Below the pieces are notes generated by a model that ran no database searches, had not been told where the DNA came from, and saw nothing but the letters and a program-made list of their open reading frames with translations. A stretch of DNA of 55,103 nucleotides, counting the filler, from Catajapyx aquilonaris (lineage: Eukaryota), in the NCBI GenBank assembly GCA_000934665.2. It is 3 parts of 3 records of this genome, joined end to end, with 100 filler letters (N's around TTAATTAATTAA, not from the genome) between each part and the next. Parts side by side here need not be neighbours in the genome. Positions count along the whole stretch, not along the records: positions 1 to 18,469 come from JYFJ02006742.1; 2 more parts are not named here. One strand, given 5' to 3'. Of this stretch, positions 1-13,660 are shown piece by piece. Made by a program: the position numbers and the translations under genes. Every line of letters starts with the position of its first letter. Within the stretch, counting starts at the first letter, position 1.

Positions 1-1646
1 GAAATGTCTCGTAGCGATCTCAAGTGGCCACCCGGTGCGTAATCCTTCGGCAGGGGGTGGGTGGGGAGTGACCTAACCTGAGTCTTCTACAGCCGTGGTT
101 TGGAAGATGGAAGATGCAAGATGACAGTGCCATCTGTTGCGTCAATAAGTAGTGAGACTTTGGTCTATATCTAAAATTACCTATGGAGTAATGAAAATGC
201 CCTGGTATGATGAGAGCCAAATTCTGGAAGTAGGTCACCCTGTGCAATTAAAGAACTTCTCTGCTGTTCTGTACATCCAAAAGACTGCCTTTCACTATTT
301 AAATATGGCCGTTCGATCTTGGACACCCCTTTTTAGTAGAACAGCATAGTGGGATAAAAACTCGTCTTTCATAGGTTGTAGGATATAATCTTGTGGTCAT
401 TTATGAGTTTTCATTGAATTTTAGTTTTAGGTTTAATTTGGGAAGCTGTAACAGTAGAGAAGATTGGCAAGATTGCACATCATGATTATACAGCATGTTA
501 CTCTGCCAAAATGAACAGTTTGGAAGTTTGGCAACTGTGTAAAGTTGATGGATTAGTCACCTCTGGAGCCAGGTTCAAGTTCCAACATAGATGATGCAGT
601 ATTAGTGTGTCTGCCATTGCTGCACTGAGATTGTTATTTTGGTGGCTGAGAGGGACATGCAAAAATGGGAGAGAAGCACCTGCCATGGTACATGGCGAGG
701 AAATGAAGGCGGTGGCCGGTCAGGCGGTAAAAACTGACAATCTAGTCTCTTCCCCTGGGTGCCCCACCATCATGAGACTCCACATGGCCATGCCCAAGGG
801 AATAGACTAGGTTGGTTTTTACTACCCTGAACTGTGGTGGGTTCTTCCCTTCTAGCCTTTGAATGACCAGCTAATTCACCAAAGTTATAATCTTGGTGTC
901 TATGGCAGCAGGTATGAAATCTGTATCTTCCATGTTGAAACTCACACCCAACTCCAGAATTGACTAATCCATAAACTCTGCAGTTTCCAAGCTCCTGTAC
1001 TGTTGACTTTCGAAGAGTAACACCCTGTACTTGAAGCTGGGTCCACATTTTAAATGAGACCAAGTTGCCCAGGCATGCAGATATTGATTTTTAGAAATAG
1101 TGAAATTAAAATGCCAGGATTTCATATTAGAATGCCTACAAATATTGCTCAAGTTACCTGGCAACTCACTAATAATTTTGCAATGCAATTTGAAAGAATT
1201 CTTAATCACTTTCAGCTTGTCTTTTTCGCCATGAAGGGACAAGAGCGTCAGATAAGGCTTACTTGGGGTGGATAGAATGGGTGGTCATAATTTCTGCTTC
1301 TTGCATGTCTCCTTTACAGGGAGAAATAGACAGGTCAGATGCGCTGCGTAATGGTCGTGCAATAGTTGAGAAATCCAGTTGAGCCAGATTTTTAATGTGG
1401 CTATTGCTAGCTGCTTTTGGGGTAACAAATATCAATAATGTGATGAGGAGAATTCAACAACATGGCACCTGTCTCAAGTCACCGCATTTGTTTTATAAAT
1501 TAGGAAACCTATTTGCATATTCCCATCACTGTCATTAGTTGTAAGGTAACAGGATGCCACGTTGTAGAGTCTTGGAGATGACTAAATCTCCCATTCATTT
1601 TATAAGAACACATCCAGAAACAATAGGTTTATTGTCATTTCAACTA

Positions 1647-2183
1647 TAGTTGAATCCTGATATAACAGGCTCGGTTGTAACAGACTTGTAAGGCCAGTCC
1701 CGCCATACTTCCATAAGGCCCTGTGTATTTTTGCTCCTGATGTAACATTAATTTCACCTCACGTCGGCTGTAACAGACCATCTCTTGGCCCCTCGGTGGA
1801 ATATATGCTGTTTTTGATTACGCAGCTTCCTTTCCCACATGAAGAAAGCACTGAATACTGGAGCGGGGTCATTTTCCCACCTGCCACTGCTCTAACACTT
1901 TCTGAAAAGGTCAAAATCATTCTTTTTCTGGTTTATTTGGCAAGGAAGAGGTGGCAGAAGAAAATGACATTTTTTTTTGGTCCTGCCTAAGTTATGGGTG
2001 AGCTAATTTGGCATGTTTGTGGGCAGTTTCATTAATCAGTATGCAGTAGTGTGCATTATAAGCATATGAAAGCAGAAAACTTATCTATTCATTGCAAAAG
2101 TGGTGATTTGGCTATAACAGACCTCGGTTATAACGGACTGATTCCCTCTGTCCCTTGAAGTCTGTTATATCCTGATTCAACTG
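1647..2183. mobile_element. Tigger/pogo-like non-autonomous DNA transposon (MITE), degraded
   Basis: Left end TA|TAGTTGAATCCTGATATAACAG matches the reverse complement of right end CTGTTATATCCTGATTCAACTG; subterminal CTCGGTT(G/A)TAAC repeats at both ends; no ORF. Confidence 0.7.
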
Positions 2184-3026
2184 AATAATTCAATTAGCCC
2201 AGCACATGCCTAATGATTCTAAAGTAGATGAATGTTGTGTGTTATCCTATTCCTTATACTTACTGCATCTAGTGAAATAGTTACATATTTAATAGGAAGC
2301 CATTTTATATTTGTTAAGTATGATTGAGACATTGTATTGGCACTTGCATTCTGTATAATTCAGCCGATAATATTGTCATTTAGTACCAGGAGTACTTTGA
2401 AGGTACAAAAACTATGCTTTAAATTATCTTTCTTGGAAACCACACCTGAAAAGTTATTCCCTTTCTAGTTTCAATAAGTGCTAAATGCCCTGAAAAATAA
2501 CTGAGTGTGTCATGAGATGCTATTGTTGTGAAATTGTTTAAAATTCAGAATTGTACAAATAGTTGGATAATTGTAAATATGATTACCTCCCACCCCACTT
2601 AGATTGCAAGGTGGGGGAGGTACATTGTTAATATGTTAATAAAGTGAATTGCCTGTGATGCAGAAGGCTGAGAAGTGAAATGCTGTCATGATTACAGATT
2701 TTCTTCACTAAATGGAGGCGAATATGTGGAAAAGGCAGTTACCTGCCTAGTTTTTCACTTGGGGCCTGTTTCAAATCAATGTAATCTACCTATATCATCA
2801 GTAGGTACAGTTAAACTAGGAGTTCACTAAAGGTGCAGTCACCATGGCATAAGCATACCCTCCACTTCCACAGTGGCCAATTGAATATATGCATTGCAGC
2901 CACATCTCCAACACACCTGGACATTAGTCTAAAAGCACGTAATTGCTCAGAAGCAAACATTCTAAAACCAACAGTTTATTACTAATTTTCCATGAGATCT
3001 TTTGACATTTACAAAACTATAGTGTA

Positions 3027-3715
3027 CAGTACTCTGCATTAATGGCCATGCACAGACATCGCCACCTGGCCGAGAACGAGCGGAACTAGGCGTGGTTGGC
3101 TGCGTCCAAAATACTTGGCCAGCTCGAGATATTGCGGTGAATTCAAACGCTTGCTATGAAGATGTATCATAGATCATGGATTTATGGGATGGATTATAAG
3201 TCCACTGTGATTCCAATCAATGCATTGAGGTTGTGAACCACTTATAACACAGACCATGCGAATTAATGAATACCCATTAAATTAAATGAATACCGGTACC
3301 CAGAAGCCCAGAATACCCTTACTCGTCCTTATTAAATAACTCCTGAATTAAAAAGCTAAATGATGGGAGAAGAGTGATGCTGTTTACACGCACTCTAAAA
3401 AGTCCCACACACAGCCACACATTAACAGGAGACAGTAATAATATTAATAGGCATTCGAATGATCTGCGTAATAGCCGGTTCACAACTTCAGTGCATTGAT
3501 AGGAATCGCAATGGCTTTATAATCCATCCCCTGGATACATAATTATATTCATGATCCATCTTTATAGCATGTGTTTAAATCCACCGCGATGTCTTGAGCA
3601 GCCTTGAGCGGTCTCGTGAGCTGTCCAAGTATTTTGGACGCAGCCAACTTCAGCTACTTCCGCTCGCTCCCGCCAGATGGCGATGTCTGTGCATGGCCAT
3701 TAATGCAGGGTACTG
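3027..3715. mobile_element. Tc1/mariner-type foldback MITE with long TIRs
   Basis: TA|CAGTACTCTGCATTAATGGCCATGCACAGACATCGCCA ... TGGCGATGTCTGTGCATGGCCATTAATGCAGGGTACTG|TA; imperfect inverted similarity continues ~240 bp inward; TA duplication on both sides. Confidence 0.9.
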
Positions 3716-4272
3716 TACTACACGTGTGCTGTCCTTAAAAATGCATTTGGTGTGAAGTAAACAAAAATTAGTTTCATATTCAATTACATCAACAATAACA
3801 ATCTGTTGCACTTACAAGTTTGCAGCTACTTTTCCCAATCATAACTTGTACCCAGTAGGTGATACTGGAGAAGCAGTTTTCCTTTTCATGGAGAATTTCA
3901 TGGGTACAAATAATTTTTTGGCATTTTACAGTTGCATTGTAGGTATTGGGCCAAGAAGGCTAGAGTAGTAGAAGCGTCCACTCAATGTAATTGTCCTATT
4001 AACAACATTTGCAGGGGCTCTTGAAGGGGCCCGGGAAGGGGCATAGAGCCATAGAGCTTCCGATGGGAGCGGATTCAGCGCTGTCGTCGACATAATTAAA
4101 TGAAAATGAAAATGTTTTAATATATTAACGTGTATAATTTTTACCTGTGGTTAATATATACTTCAAACTGGATGTGGTTTTTATTACTACGATACAGTTG
4201 TGTTTATTAGATGAGCCAATATTATAAGTCATTCCGAAAAATGTGGCAGACTGACTACAGTGCTACCCAAGG

Positions 4273-4407
4273 GGGTAACCACTCCCCAAAAAAGTGTACA
4301 CCAGTTCCTGGAACCGTGTGGTACCAAGCTGGTTCCAAGCCAGATCCAGCCGGTTCCAGCCCATTTCCAGAGGGACCCTGTACACTGGTTCCACGAAGTG
4401 GTTACCC
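4273..4407. repeat. Short imperfect palindromic element
   Basis: GGGTAACCACT / AGTGGTTACCC arms, inner AGTGTACA / TGTACACT pair and recurrent GGTTCCA motifs. Confidence 0.45.
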
Positions 4408-5063
4408 ACCTCGCCTTGGCGCGACCAACCAATCATAACCAGTGCTTGGACTGGTGAGACTTGCCATTGCTCGATTGACCAGACGAACCATATCCCCTAG
4501 CCCGGTGCAAACGGTGAACCGGTACGCGATTAATTGTTGGGATCGATTAGTATAATAGCAACGAGGAACTGATTGGTAATAAAGTACATAATTTGAAAAC
4601 ATAACAGTTGTCAAGAATCAGCTTGTAGAAATTATTGGAATTACCAAGACGCATGTGCACATATGTGCACAACTGTTAACGAATTGCAAATGTAGGGTAC
4701 TTGAACCGAAGCAGATTGGTGTGGTGGTTAAGGAGCCCGAATGCTAATCGGGAGGTCCTGTGTTCGGCCATACTGATTGACCGGAATATGTCTTCCTGTG
4801 TCCTTGGGCAATGTTATGAGCTTGTCTGTAGTATCAGTCATTATCAGCTCTGTATCACCAGTGTTTGCAGCACCATACATAAGCACTGGGTCAATGATTC
4901 ATTAACCTTAAGTACTGGATGTTGAACAGTATGACTTACCTTAGGAATTCTGTTTTTTCCAGGCCATTTCTGCAGTGCCAGTAAACCTTGAGTGAACACT
5001 TCTGGGAGTAAGAATTGGAATCAGTGAGTGCTGAGGGCATTTGGCTGAGAACAATCCTTCACA

Positions 5064-5711
5064 ATGAGTGCCCCTGCTGTGAAGCCCACTCCTCCATCTC
5101 CAGGCAACCAGCCGCCTCGTCTACCCCCAACTTCTGCTCCTCCACCCTCTGCACCTCAGTCTGCACCGTCCGCACCATCCTCTACTTCACCTGCCGTAAC
5201 CACAAACTCGGGGCCCACTACCACATCCCAGGTTCCTCCTATGCCCATGCCTCTACCACTGGTGACCCCCCACCATCCCTCTCACTCACTTCCCCATCCA
5301 CATTCACACCATCCCCACCCACATGTGGCCCATTCTCACCCACTGCCCCCCCACCCAGCCCACCCCCACCCATCCCCCCATCCACATCCGCATACTACCC
5401 ACCCACTTCCATTGCCCCTTCCCATGCAGTCCCAGCCCATGCCAGCCACAAAGACAGGGCCCACAGTGATTGCCCCCCCTTCTCCTGCTTCGGGGAGTGC
5501 AGCCAACACTGCAGCATTTAAGACTTCACCTGTAAACCATGCAGGAGGAGCTCGCACCCTTACAACGACCAATGCTGTCAACCCTGTTGCTGCCCCTACC
5601 ACTAATGCAGCTAACCCAGTTTCTGCAACTGTTGCTGCCACTCCCAGCTCAGTGACTCCAAGCAAAAGTCATGAGCAGAAGGACTTGGCATCACCACCAA
5701 CTGTCCATAAA
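5064..5711 (+). CDS. Coding exon 1 of an uncharacterised Pro/His/Ser/Thr-rich protein (gene continues at 9884-10446 and 16684-17046; 3' end missing)
   Basis: Acceptor TTTTTTCCAG ending 4962, ATG at 5064, open low-complexity frame with a His-Pro tract, donor AAA|GTAAGT at 5712 (phase 0) compatible with the next exon. Confidence 0.8.
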
Positions 5712-5760
5712 GTAAGTTATTTGGTATTGAGAAAATGCAGGAATACAAGTGCTAGTTTAA

Positions 5761-6752
5761 CCCCTTGAGCCCCAGCCGCCTAGAATCTAGGCACTGAGAA
5801 CTCAACCGCCAGGTACCAGCTATACCCGCCACCTCCTAGTTTTCCGCTTAACTCGTGTGCTGAAGATACGAACAAGACGTTTTACAAATAATAACAGCTC
5901 TACTTACAGTTCAGGGAAAGCATTATGAATGTGTTGAAAACAATTTCCTTCCCATAGAAGTCCCTAAATTAATTTCCAAAAATACCGCTGTAAAAACCCG
6001 AAATTAGAGTACTTCCGGCCAACTGTTAGGCTGATTTAAATGTGTAATACTTTAAAACATACGGAATAACAATTTTGAGAAGGTTGCCAAATGGATTTGC
6101 TGAAATCGTCGTACTTTTCGAGAAACGAGTAAATTTGGGAGTAATCTGAAGTGACAGGAAAGTCGCAGAAAAGTATTAATTAATTTCTGAGAAAGTACAG
6201 TGATTTCACCAAAGTCTTCTGGCATGGTTCTCAAGATTGTTATTCTGTATATTTCAACATGTTTCATAATTAAATCACCCTAACAGTTGGCCAGTAGTAC
6301 TAGGATTTTCATATTTTACGGTGATCTTTTTGGAAATTAATTTACTGACTTATACCCAAGGAAAATTGTTTCCAATACATACGTTGTGTTTTGCATGAAC
6401 AGGTAAGTATAGCTGTTCCTATTTGTAAAATATCTTGCCCTTACCTTCAGAGTACTTGTAAGTTGAACAGGAGAGAAAATCTAGGTGGCAATCTATGCGG
6501 AAATATAGCGGGTATACTGTGCGGTGATCTTTTTGGAAATTAATTTACGGACTTCTATGTGAGTAAAATTGTTTCCAAAACATGCGTTGTGTAGACCATG
6601 AATGTAAAAGTATAGCTATTATTATTTGTAAAATACCTTGTCTTTATTTACAAGTGGAACGGAAGCGAAAAGAATCTAGGCAATGGTGGTATAGCTGTAC
6701 CTGGTGATCGAGTTCTCAGCACCTAGAATCTAGGCGGCTGGGGCTCAAGGTG
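5761..6752. mobile_element. piggyBac-like non-autonomous element (TTAA target)
   Basis: TTAA|CCCCTTGAGCCCCAGCCGCCTAGAATCTAGG ... CCTAGAATCTAGGCGGCTGGGGCTCAAGGTG|TTAA; long internal inverted repeats; internal ~200-bp direct duplication (from ~6318 and ~6522). Confidence 0.85.
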
Positions 6753-7090
6753 TTAATGGTCAAGCTGAGACCAATAATGTTTAGTTGGTAACCTGTTTGC
6801 TAGCTTGTTAACCCATCCCAGTAGGAATCATGTAGTGTGTTCCAATTAAGGTGCCTGCATTATGAAGCAATTGTATGGCAATAATCTTATTTTTAACATG
6901 TACTTTCAGGGGTAAGTGTAAATATTAGCTCATAATATTAGGTTCAATTGAAGCTTCCTTCCAGGCTGTCAATTTATGCCAAATTTCTGGGTTAAAATCA
7001 TTGTGAATTATGTATACAGAACCATTAATTTGAAATCAAGGATTGATCAAATTGATCCCAGTGACATATTCCTGCTGGGATTGTAAGGTA

Positions 7091-7959
7091 GGGGAGACCG
7101 GGCCAAAATGGTCCTTTCCATTTTAAAAATATAAGAAACCGGAATAATGTCTTCATCTGGTACCTCATGAAACAAGTCACTATTGTGCTTCTTGCCAACA
7201 TGACAGCCACCTGTGAGATCCCTGCGATCCTGCTGTATCGGGGGAAATCTACTTGAAGGGTAGTGAAGTTACTTCTAACCCACGGTTTAAATGCCATGCC
7301 AGGCATAGATGCTGGGCATGATCTCGATGTAAAAATGTTGTTGAGTAGAGGCATCCTTTGTGCATAAATGCTGGAAATTTGGAAGTCATTTGCAATGGAA
7401 GCTACGATTCATAACATCATGTCAGTTGCTGCCCTCTGGGGCACAGTGGTCCATAGACCAGTGAGCACCTTTTTGTGGATGACCCTTTTGCCTCTGTACA
7501 GCGTAGTTTTATTTGCTGATGGTTTTGACAGACACTAGTATGAAAGAAAGTTCATTCGCCAAAGGATGTGGCAGGACAAGGTCAACTTTCCGGAGAGAGA
7601 CAATGTTTCACATGTGTCTGCAGGTTGTAGTAACAGAAGTCCCCTTTATTTATTTCCTGTTTATTTGGAGGGGTTAGATGTAGGATAAAATAATAAAATG
7701 TACTTCTCGTGTGAATTAGGGGTCCCAATCACTTCCGGACCACTGTGCCCCAGGTATCGGGGCACAGTGGTCCATTTGCATAGGGCAGTTCCTAAAATTT
7801 ATTTAAGCCAAAGGGATGGCACTACCTTGAATATATTAGTCACTTATATTACCAAAGAGTAACTCCACCATGGCGGAAAATATTGGGTGTGTAGATACAA
7901 CAGGAACTCTTATAAAAATTCAAATGTTCAAAAGTGGACCACTGTGCCCCGGTCTCCCC
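7091..7959. mobile_element. TA-flanked DNA transposon derivative with GGGGAGACCGGG TIRs (Tc1/mariner-pogo-like)
   Basis: TA|GGGGAGACCGGGCCAAAATGGTCC ... GGACCACTGTGCCCCGGTCTCCCC|TA; internal copies of GGGGCACAGTGGTCCA in both orientations (~7438, ~7737, ~7759). Confidence 0.85.
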
Positions 7960-9140
7960 TATTCATTCAACTTAATTTTTCAGTTAATATGTATGGTTCC
8001 TTCATGAGAAAAGGATCAAGTGTACCATACACTGACATGGTTATAAGCTCAGGATTAAGTATGCTAAAATTGTGTACAAAGTCTCCCTTACTAGTGGACC
8101 AACTTGGGTTGACATTCAATTTGCATAAGAGTTCTGAAATATTCCAAAAGGGAAACCGCACCCAGACCTTTTCAGGTCTAGCCTAAGGGAGGGAGACCAA
8201 TGACGCCTGGGCAGGTTTCTCTTTTAGAATATGTTGAGGCTGGCCTGCTACTCTGATGCCAATCCAAGTTTGGTCCATTGGTAGTTAGACTTGTCGACGT
8301 ATTTTTATCATGTCCACATTCAGCAGACTGCCTGGCCCTCTTCTAATAGAATGTATGGTAGACGACTCTATGGACGAAATGTTTATCCAGGTCATCCAGC
8401 ATTATTCCCAACCCTGTTTCGCCGAAACCCTATGGACCTCTGGTGACTCGTATGCCCCATCCCGATTTTTAAATATAATTTTTAATTACCAAAATGTTCA
8501 ACCAGGTACATTGCTTACGTAGATTTGATGTGAATTTCCCCCCTAAAATTTTCCTACTTTGCTTTGTTTTTTTCTTGTTTTTTATTTCATTTTGATTCTC
8601 TTTTCCCGTACTTCCTCATGACCCCTAAAAACATGCTGGCGACCCAGGTGTTGGGAACAGAAGAAACATTTTGTCCATATAGAGTCGTACCATTCTTTAT
8701 GAACGGTACTGTACCTAGTATTATAACCCCTAAAAGTGAGTTCTTATTATGAGCGATTCAAGTAAAACATGCTAACCAAAGGGGTACTTTAATTGGGGCA
8801 ACACTTTGCATGGGTTTCATTCATTATGAAGCACCTTGTTTTTTTTTGTAATCAGCTCTTAGCAACATTACTGTTAACAACTTTGCAGAACAAATTATTT
8901 AATCAGGTCATGAAAGGGACACTGCACCCTTTTTGCAGTTGGATTTGAAGAATTTAATTAAAAACTGTGATTCTGAGGGTGCAGTACGTGTTTCTCATAA
9001 CTGAATGGCAAACCCATGGCAAAAGGTCAAAGTTGATTGCAAAGCTATCTTCTGCTAGGTAGGGATGCCACTATGCATGTGGTGGCAGGAAAGAGATAGC
9101 AGGCTGTTTCATTGAAAACCATTGAAAACCCTTCTCATTA

Positions 9141-9456
9141 CAGTAGTACCTCGCTTTACTGCACTCCACTAATGTAGCGCTTTTCGATTATGTTTGTTTG
9201 TATTATTTTCGGGGCTTGTCTTGCTCTTTGGGGGGGGGCACATCAGCTGAGCATTATTTAATTCAATATTTTTGCTTTTGCATTGTTATTTTTGGCTCAG
9301 TGCTGTTGTGTGCTTAATATGTGATCATATGACCATGATTTAGGCATAAGAAGTGTGTGGGTGGGTGGGGGGGTGGGGGGGGGGGGTGTGAAGCTGGCGC
9401 TTTGCTTTACAGCGGTGGTCTAGAACCTAACCTGCTATATTAGCAAAGCATGCCTG
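9141..9456. mobile_element. Degraded Tigger-like MITE
   Basis: TA|CAGTAGTACCTCGCTTTAC start and ...GAACCTAACC...GCATGCCTG|TA end; TIR match is poor. Confidence 0.4.
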
Positions 9457-9883
9457 TACTTGATGAGAATATGTGTACTAACTGCAGTACAATTGGCACG
9501 TCCAGAGCCTTTGACCTGTGAGTCAGATGTAAGCCTCAAAGATACTTTTAGACTGTTGGAGAAACTTTGATAAGTGCATGATACAAATTAGTACATGGAA
9601 AGAGGAAATATGATAGCCTGGGCCTATCACATTGATACTCTCTGCACATTTTAAATGTCCATTAATAGATTGCAGGCAGTATCTTTTTTGTGTCTTAAAT
9701 TTGCCTGTATTTCCAAACTTCATGTATTTGCAATGTAATCCAAACTGTTTGCAACAAATCATACTACTTTGAGTGCTTGTTTGACTAGGGAATAAGCAAC
9801 ATTTTGTTCCTGATAGTGTTAAAATACTCATTCTGGATTAGAGTTCAAGCACTGTAGCCTAATAATAGCATTATTTTGTGCAG

Positions 9884-10446
9884 CCACCAAGTGAAAGCAA
9901 CCAAATCCCTGTTGCTACACCCGAGATCAAGCCTCTCGTTAGGGCAGATGATGGCAAGGCACCAGCAGCACCAGCTGTGGCTCCACCTTTGGATGTGAAA
10001 CCAACAGCACCTATCCCACCTGCAAGTGTTAATCACACCAGTCCACTCAAAGCCACCCCTCCCATCAGCACTGTCACTGCTTCGACTGTGTCAACCACTA
10101 GCAATGCACCTGCAGCCCCGCATATGCCTGTCAAGGTCAACGTCACCCCGGCACCCCCACTTCCATCGCCACAAAGCACTACACAGCCACAGCCATCCAA
10201 TGTGGAAAAGAAAGAACCTACATGTGAGTCACCATCCAAGCAGATTGCCGCCGCTGCTGCTGCTACCTTGGAGAAGCCAGAGGTGGTAGTCAACCATGCT
10301 TCTGCTGCTGATAAGGAGAACAGAGAAGCACCAAAGTCAACTGCATCACCGACAGCAGCAGCAAGTACGGTTGCTAATGGGAATCTTAAGCTAGCAGAGG
10401 AAAAGTTGAACTCTGTTGGATCATCCCAGGTGGAATCCCCCACTAA
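9884..10446 (+). CDS. Coding exon 2 of the Pro/Ala/Thr-rich protein
   Basis: Acceptor TTTTGTGCAG (ends 9883), phase 0 matches exon 1; open frame PPSESNQ...VESPT; donor AA|GTAAGT (phase 2). Confidence 0.82.
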
Positions 10447-10635
10447 GTAAGTTGATTATGCTACAGAAATGATGTAGTCACACTTACAGTGGAACTTATG
10501 CAACTCAAACATCCTTCTGTCAAAGGCAATTCCAACAGTTTGGTCACAATGTACAGCAATATGAGTGAAGCTTCCCTAAGTCGCATTTCTCCATCTTGAA
10601 GTTTTCCATTACTCAAACTGTTGGCAATAATTACT

Positions 10636-10747
10636 ATGGATGGAATTTTCGTCTCACTGCTCGTTACTACTAACTTCGCACCACCAGTGTTGACAATTGT
10701 ACTGCTAAGTTAGCAGTAACTAGCAGTGGAACGAAAATGCCACCCTA
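10636..10747. mobile_element. Small hairpin MITE (same family as 39717-39830)
   Basis: GGATGGAATTTTCGTCTCACTGCTCGTTACTACTAACTT ... AAGTTAGCAGTAACTAGCAGTGGAACGAAAATGCCACCC; a related palindrome occurs in block 3. Confidence 0.7.
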
Positions 10748-11166
10748 TGGATTTTATGCTTATTTAAAGTGTCCACAAGTTAAAGTTTGTGCCCGATTTT
10801 AGTAGGTTTTTCTACCATGCTGTCTATAGGTTAGAGGCAGATCAGAACTTGTTGATTGAATCAGTTCCAAGTGGCTTTATTTGCATTGCTAATGACTAGA
10901 TAGAATCACTGGTATAGAGCAAAAAATGTCATACATTTTGCCAGATCACACTATCACAGATTTTTTTCTTCCAAAAATGACAGTGTTATGTACCTTTTAA
11001 TAGTGTGGCATGCAATCCTTGTACAGCTTTTGTAGCATAATTTCTTTCTCCACTCAATTTTTCTTGGTACCGTGGATATTTGAGTTATAAAAGTTCCACA
11101 ATGTAATATTTTCATAGGATGATTTACTGTTGATATGCAGGTGTTTGTAACGTTCACATTTCTTAA

Positions 11167-12806
11167 TACTTGCCCAATGCCAATGAAGTTCGCCTAGCAT
11201 GAAAATCACCTGCATGTCGATGTTACAAATACGAATTACTTGAGAATGAATCATTTTAATCACACAACTTATATGCTTATGAGCCTCATGGAAGAGCAAT
11301 GTTGGGGCGAGATATCAATGCATTTTTCAGTGGAACCAGACGAATAGGACAGTATTTACTTAGCGCGCCAGGGGCAGTGGAATTCACCCAGAGCGCGAAA
11401 CGCGCCACAAAGTTCACCTAGAAGCAGGTGACATCGCCATGGCAGCAATGACGGTCTCCACTCAACACGACGTGTTGAATGAGCTCTGGCACTCGGCTGG
11501 AGTGATGGTGTCCCAAACCGCCCGTAGTTTGGCCCGCAAGGGATGCCTTGGTGTAAAGATGATTCCTCTAAAGGACCTTCTTCATGATTTTCCGGTCTGT
11601 CTCAATCGGATTGAGGTTCAGGCTGCTTGATGGCCACGTAAAATGTCAATCCCCTTGTCTGCCAGCCACTTGCTTAACCGCTGTTTTGGTAAAATGCAAA
11701 GTCCGGTTGAAATATTACGTTGACATTCGGATGTAAGGTTGCTATTGAGGGCACACACAGCGGATGGCCTCCATCGATGGTGCCATTGATGCCGTGAAAG
11801 TTGCCAAGGCCAACACTACCCATGCATCCCCACACCATAATGCTGTGTGCATGTTTGACGGTTCTAGTGAGACATTGGGATGGTATGCCTCTTCCTTTGT
11901 TTGCAGTACTCGATTATGGATGTCCCTGTACTGACTAATTCATTGTAAAACATGACTAATACCACATCTGATTTGCCCAATGCTTCCATTCCTTCTCCCA
12001 AGCAAGTCTTTTCCTGTTCCAGTGCCTTTAAGGGTGGTTTCTTCTTGGCCTATTGTCAAGAGGGCAGGTCCTGATTTCATGAATTCCTCGTTAGTCTTTG
12101 AGAAGTTGCTCATAAAAGTTCAACTTTATATCATGGATGCGGAGTCGACAGGTTGTTGTGTGGACCACCTTTTGGGTCACATCTGACCATTTTGAAATTG
12201 ATTGTCACTGCTCCTTTCGCCGATATTGCGACACATTTTTCTCATCTCTCGGTTTTTCTTTGCTGCTATTGCCTGGTGACATCCATAATAAGGTTTTTCG
12301 GGATGGTTCTTGTAGTTTTGTTACTTCATGCGATGCCCCTAGCCATTGAGCATGGCACATGCCCTTCTTGAGCAACCACATAAGCAGACTTCCCTTCTTT
12401 AGAGCTCTTCCATTTCACCTTGTGTACCTCTGGAGGAATGGGCTTACCACCTCCCGTGATTGTTATTTTCAGACACTGAGTGCAATGAGAAATGGCATTA
12501 TGGTGCAGGGCAAAAGACGTGCACTTTTTTTTCCATCTGGCACAACCGTAAAAATCTGTATTTAACAGTGGGCGAACTTTGTGGCGTGTTGAGCGCTCTG
12601 GGCGAACTTCATTGCCTCCAGCGCGCTAAATAAATACTGTCATATTCTTCTTGTTCAACTGACAAATGCATTGATATCTCGCCCCAACTCATTAGCATAT
12701 AAGTTGTGCCATTAAAACAGGATTCATTCTCAAGTAATTCGAATTTGTAACAGCGATATGCAGGTGATTTTCATGCTAGGCGAACTCCATTGGTGTTGGG
12801 CAAGTA
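11167..12806 (-). mobile_element. Full-length but decayed Tc1-family transposon with ~250-bp TIRs
   Basis: TIRs TACTTGCCCAATGCCAATGAAGTTCGCCTAGCATGAAAATCACCTGCAT... at both ends; frameshifted minus-strand transposase remnants (KKPPL, TVKHAHSIMVWGCM, LNPIE). Confidence 0.9.
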
Positions 12807-12931
12807 TAGCAGCTAAAAGAGACCATTCTCAATCAAAAAGTCTTATAGAACTTAGCTGGAACTCATTCATGAGACACACATATCCTGCACTGATTAAACC
12901 ATTCCCTAAAGTTTGATTTTGACAAGCAGTG

Positions 12932-12933
<2 letters not shown>

Positions 12934-12962
<29 letters not shown>

Positions 12963-13299
12963 TGTAGTTGTAGTAGTATTAGTAGTAGTATAATGCGGGT
13001 AGTGCTTGACCTCCTTGAGATGTATGTAGCATGGACCTTTATTGTACCATGGAAGTACGATACATACTGGAACCTTTAACGAAGCGCCCGGGCCCACGGC
13101 CAGGGTGACTGGGAGGGATGTGCAAGGTGCAGTGCAATGTCGTTGCTATTGTCATTTTGTGAACTCCCCAGATGGTTAGTCTTAAGGAATGCCGCCAGAG
13201 ACAACCCAACTCTGCACGAGATGAAGGTGGGAATGCCCGGGGTTGGGATCCCTCACATCCGTGGGTGCATACGTTACCGCAGCCCCACTCCGCCTCCCC
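12934..13299 (-). mobile_element. tRNA-derived SINE, family A, copy 1
   Basis: tRNA-like head on - strand (B box partly deleted), body shared with three other copies, (TTA)n-type tail, 14-bp TSD TGACAAGCA(G/A)TGAT at 12920-12933 and 13300-13313. Confidence 0.85.
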
Positions 13300-13332
13300 T
13301 GACAAGCAATGATTTCAGAGTAGCAATGACTT

Positions 13333-13660
13333 AATAATAATAATAATTAATAATTGGGTGATAGGTGTACCCCTAGGAGTTTTCTGCCAGACCTTTATTG
13401 AAGTGTTATTACAAGTTGGAATCCTATTTTTACAACGCCCGGGCCCACGGGCAGGATGACAGGAGGGGATGTGCAAGTGCAGTGCCTTGTCTGAAATGTG
13501 GTCGTTTTGTGAGCTCCCCCAAGTGGTTTAGTCTCAGGAAATACCACCCGAGACTCATGAACTCTGCACGAGATGAAGGGGGTGTCCCCGGGTTGGGATC
13601 GAACCCGGGACCTTAACATCCGTGGGCGCATACGTTACCGCAGCACCACTCCGCCTCCCA
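13333..13660 (-). mobile_element. tRNA-derived SINE, family A, copy 2
   Basis: Minus-strand A-box-like GGAGTGGTGCTGCGG and B box GGTTCGATCCC, shared body, TTA tail, 16-bp TSD AGAGTAGCAATGACTT at 13317-13332 and 13661-13676. Confidence 0.88.

Noticed and set aside
770..1500. Gypsy RT/integrase relic (DFSTIARPL-like string on the - strand)
   Set aside because: Flanking residues do not continue any RT or integrase motif; probably chance.
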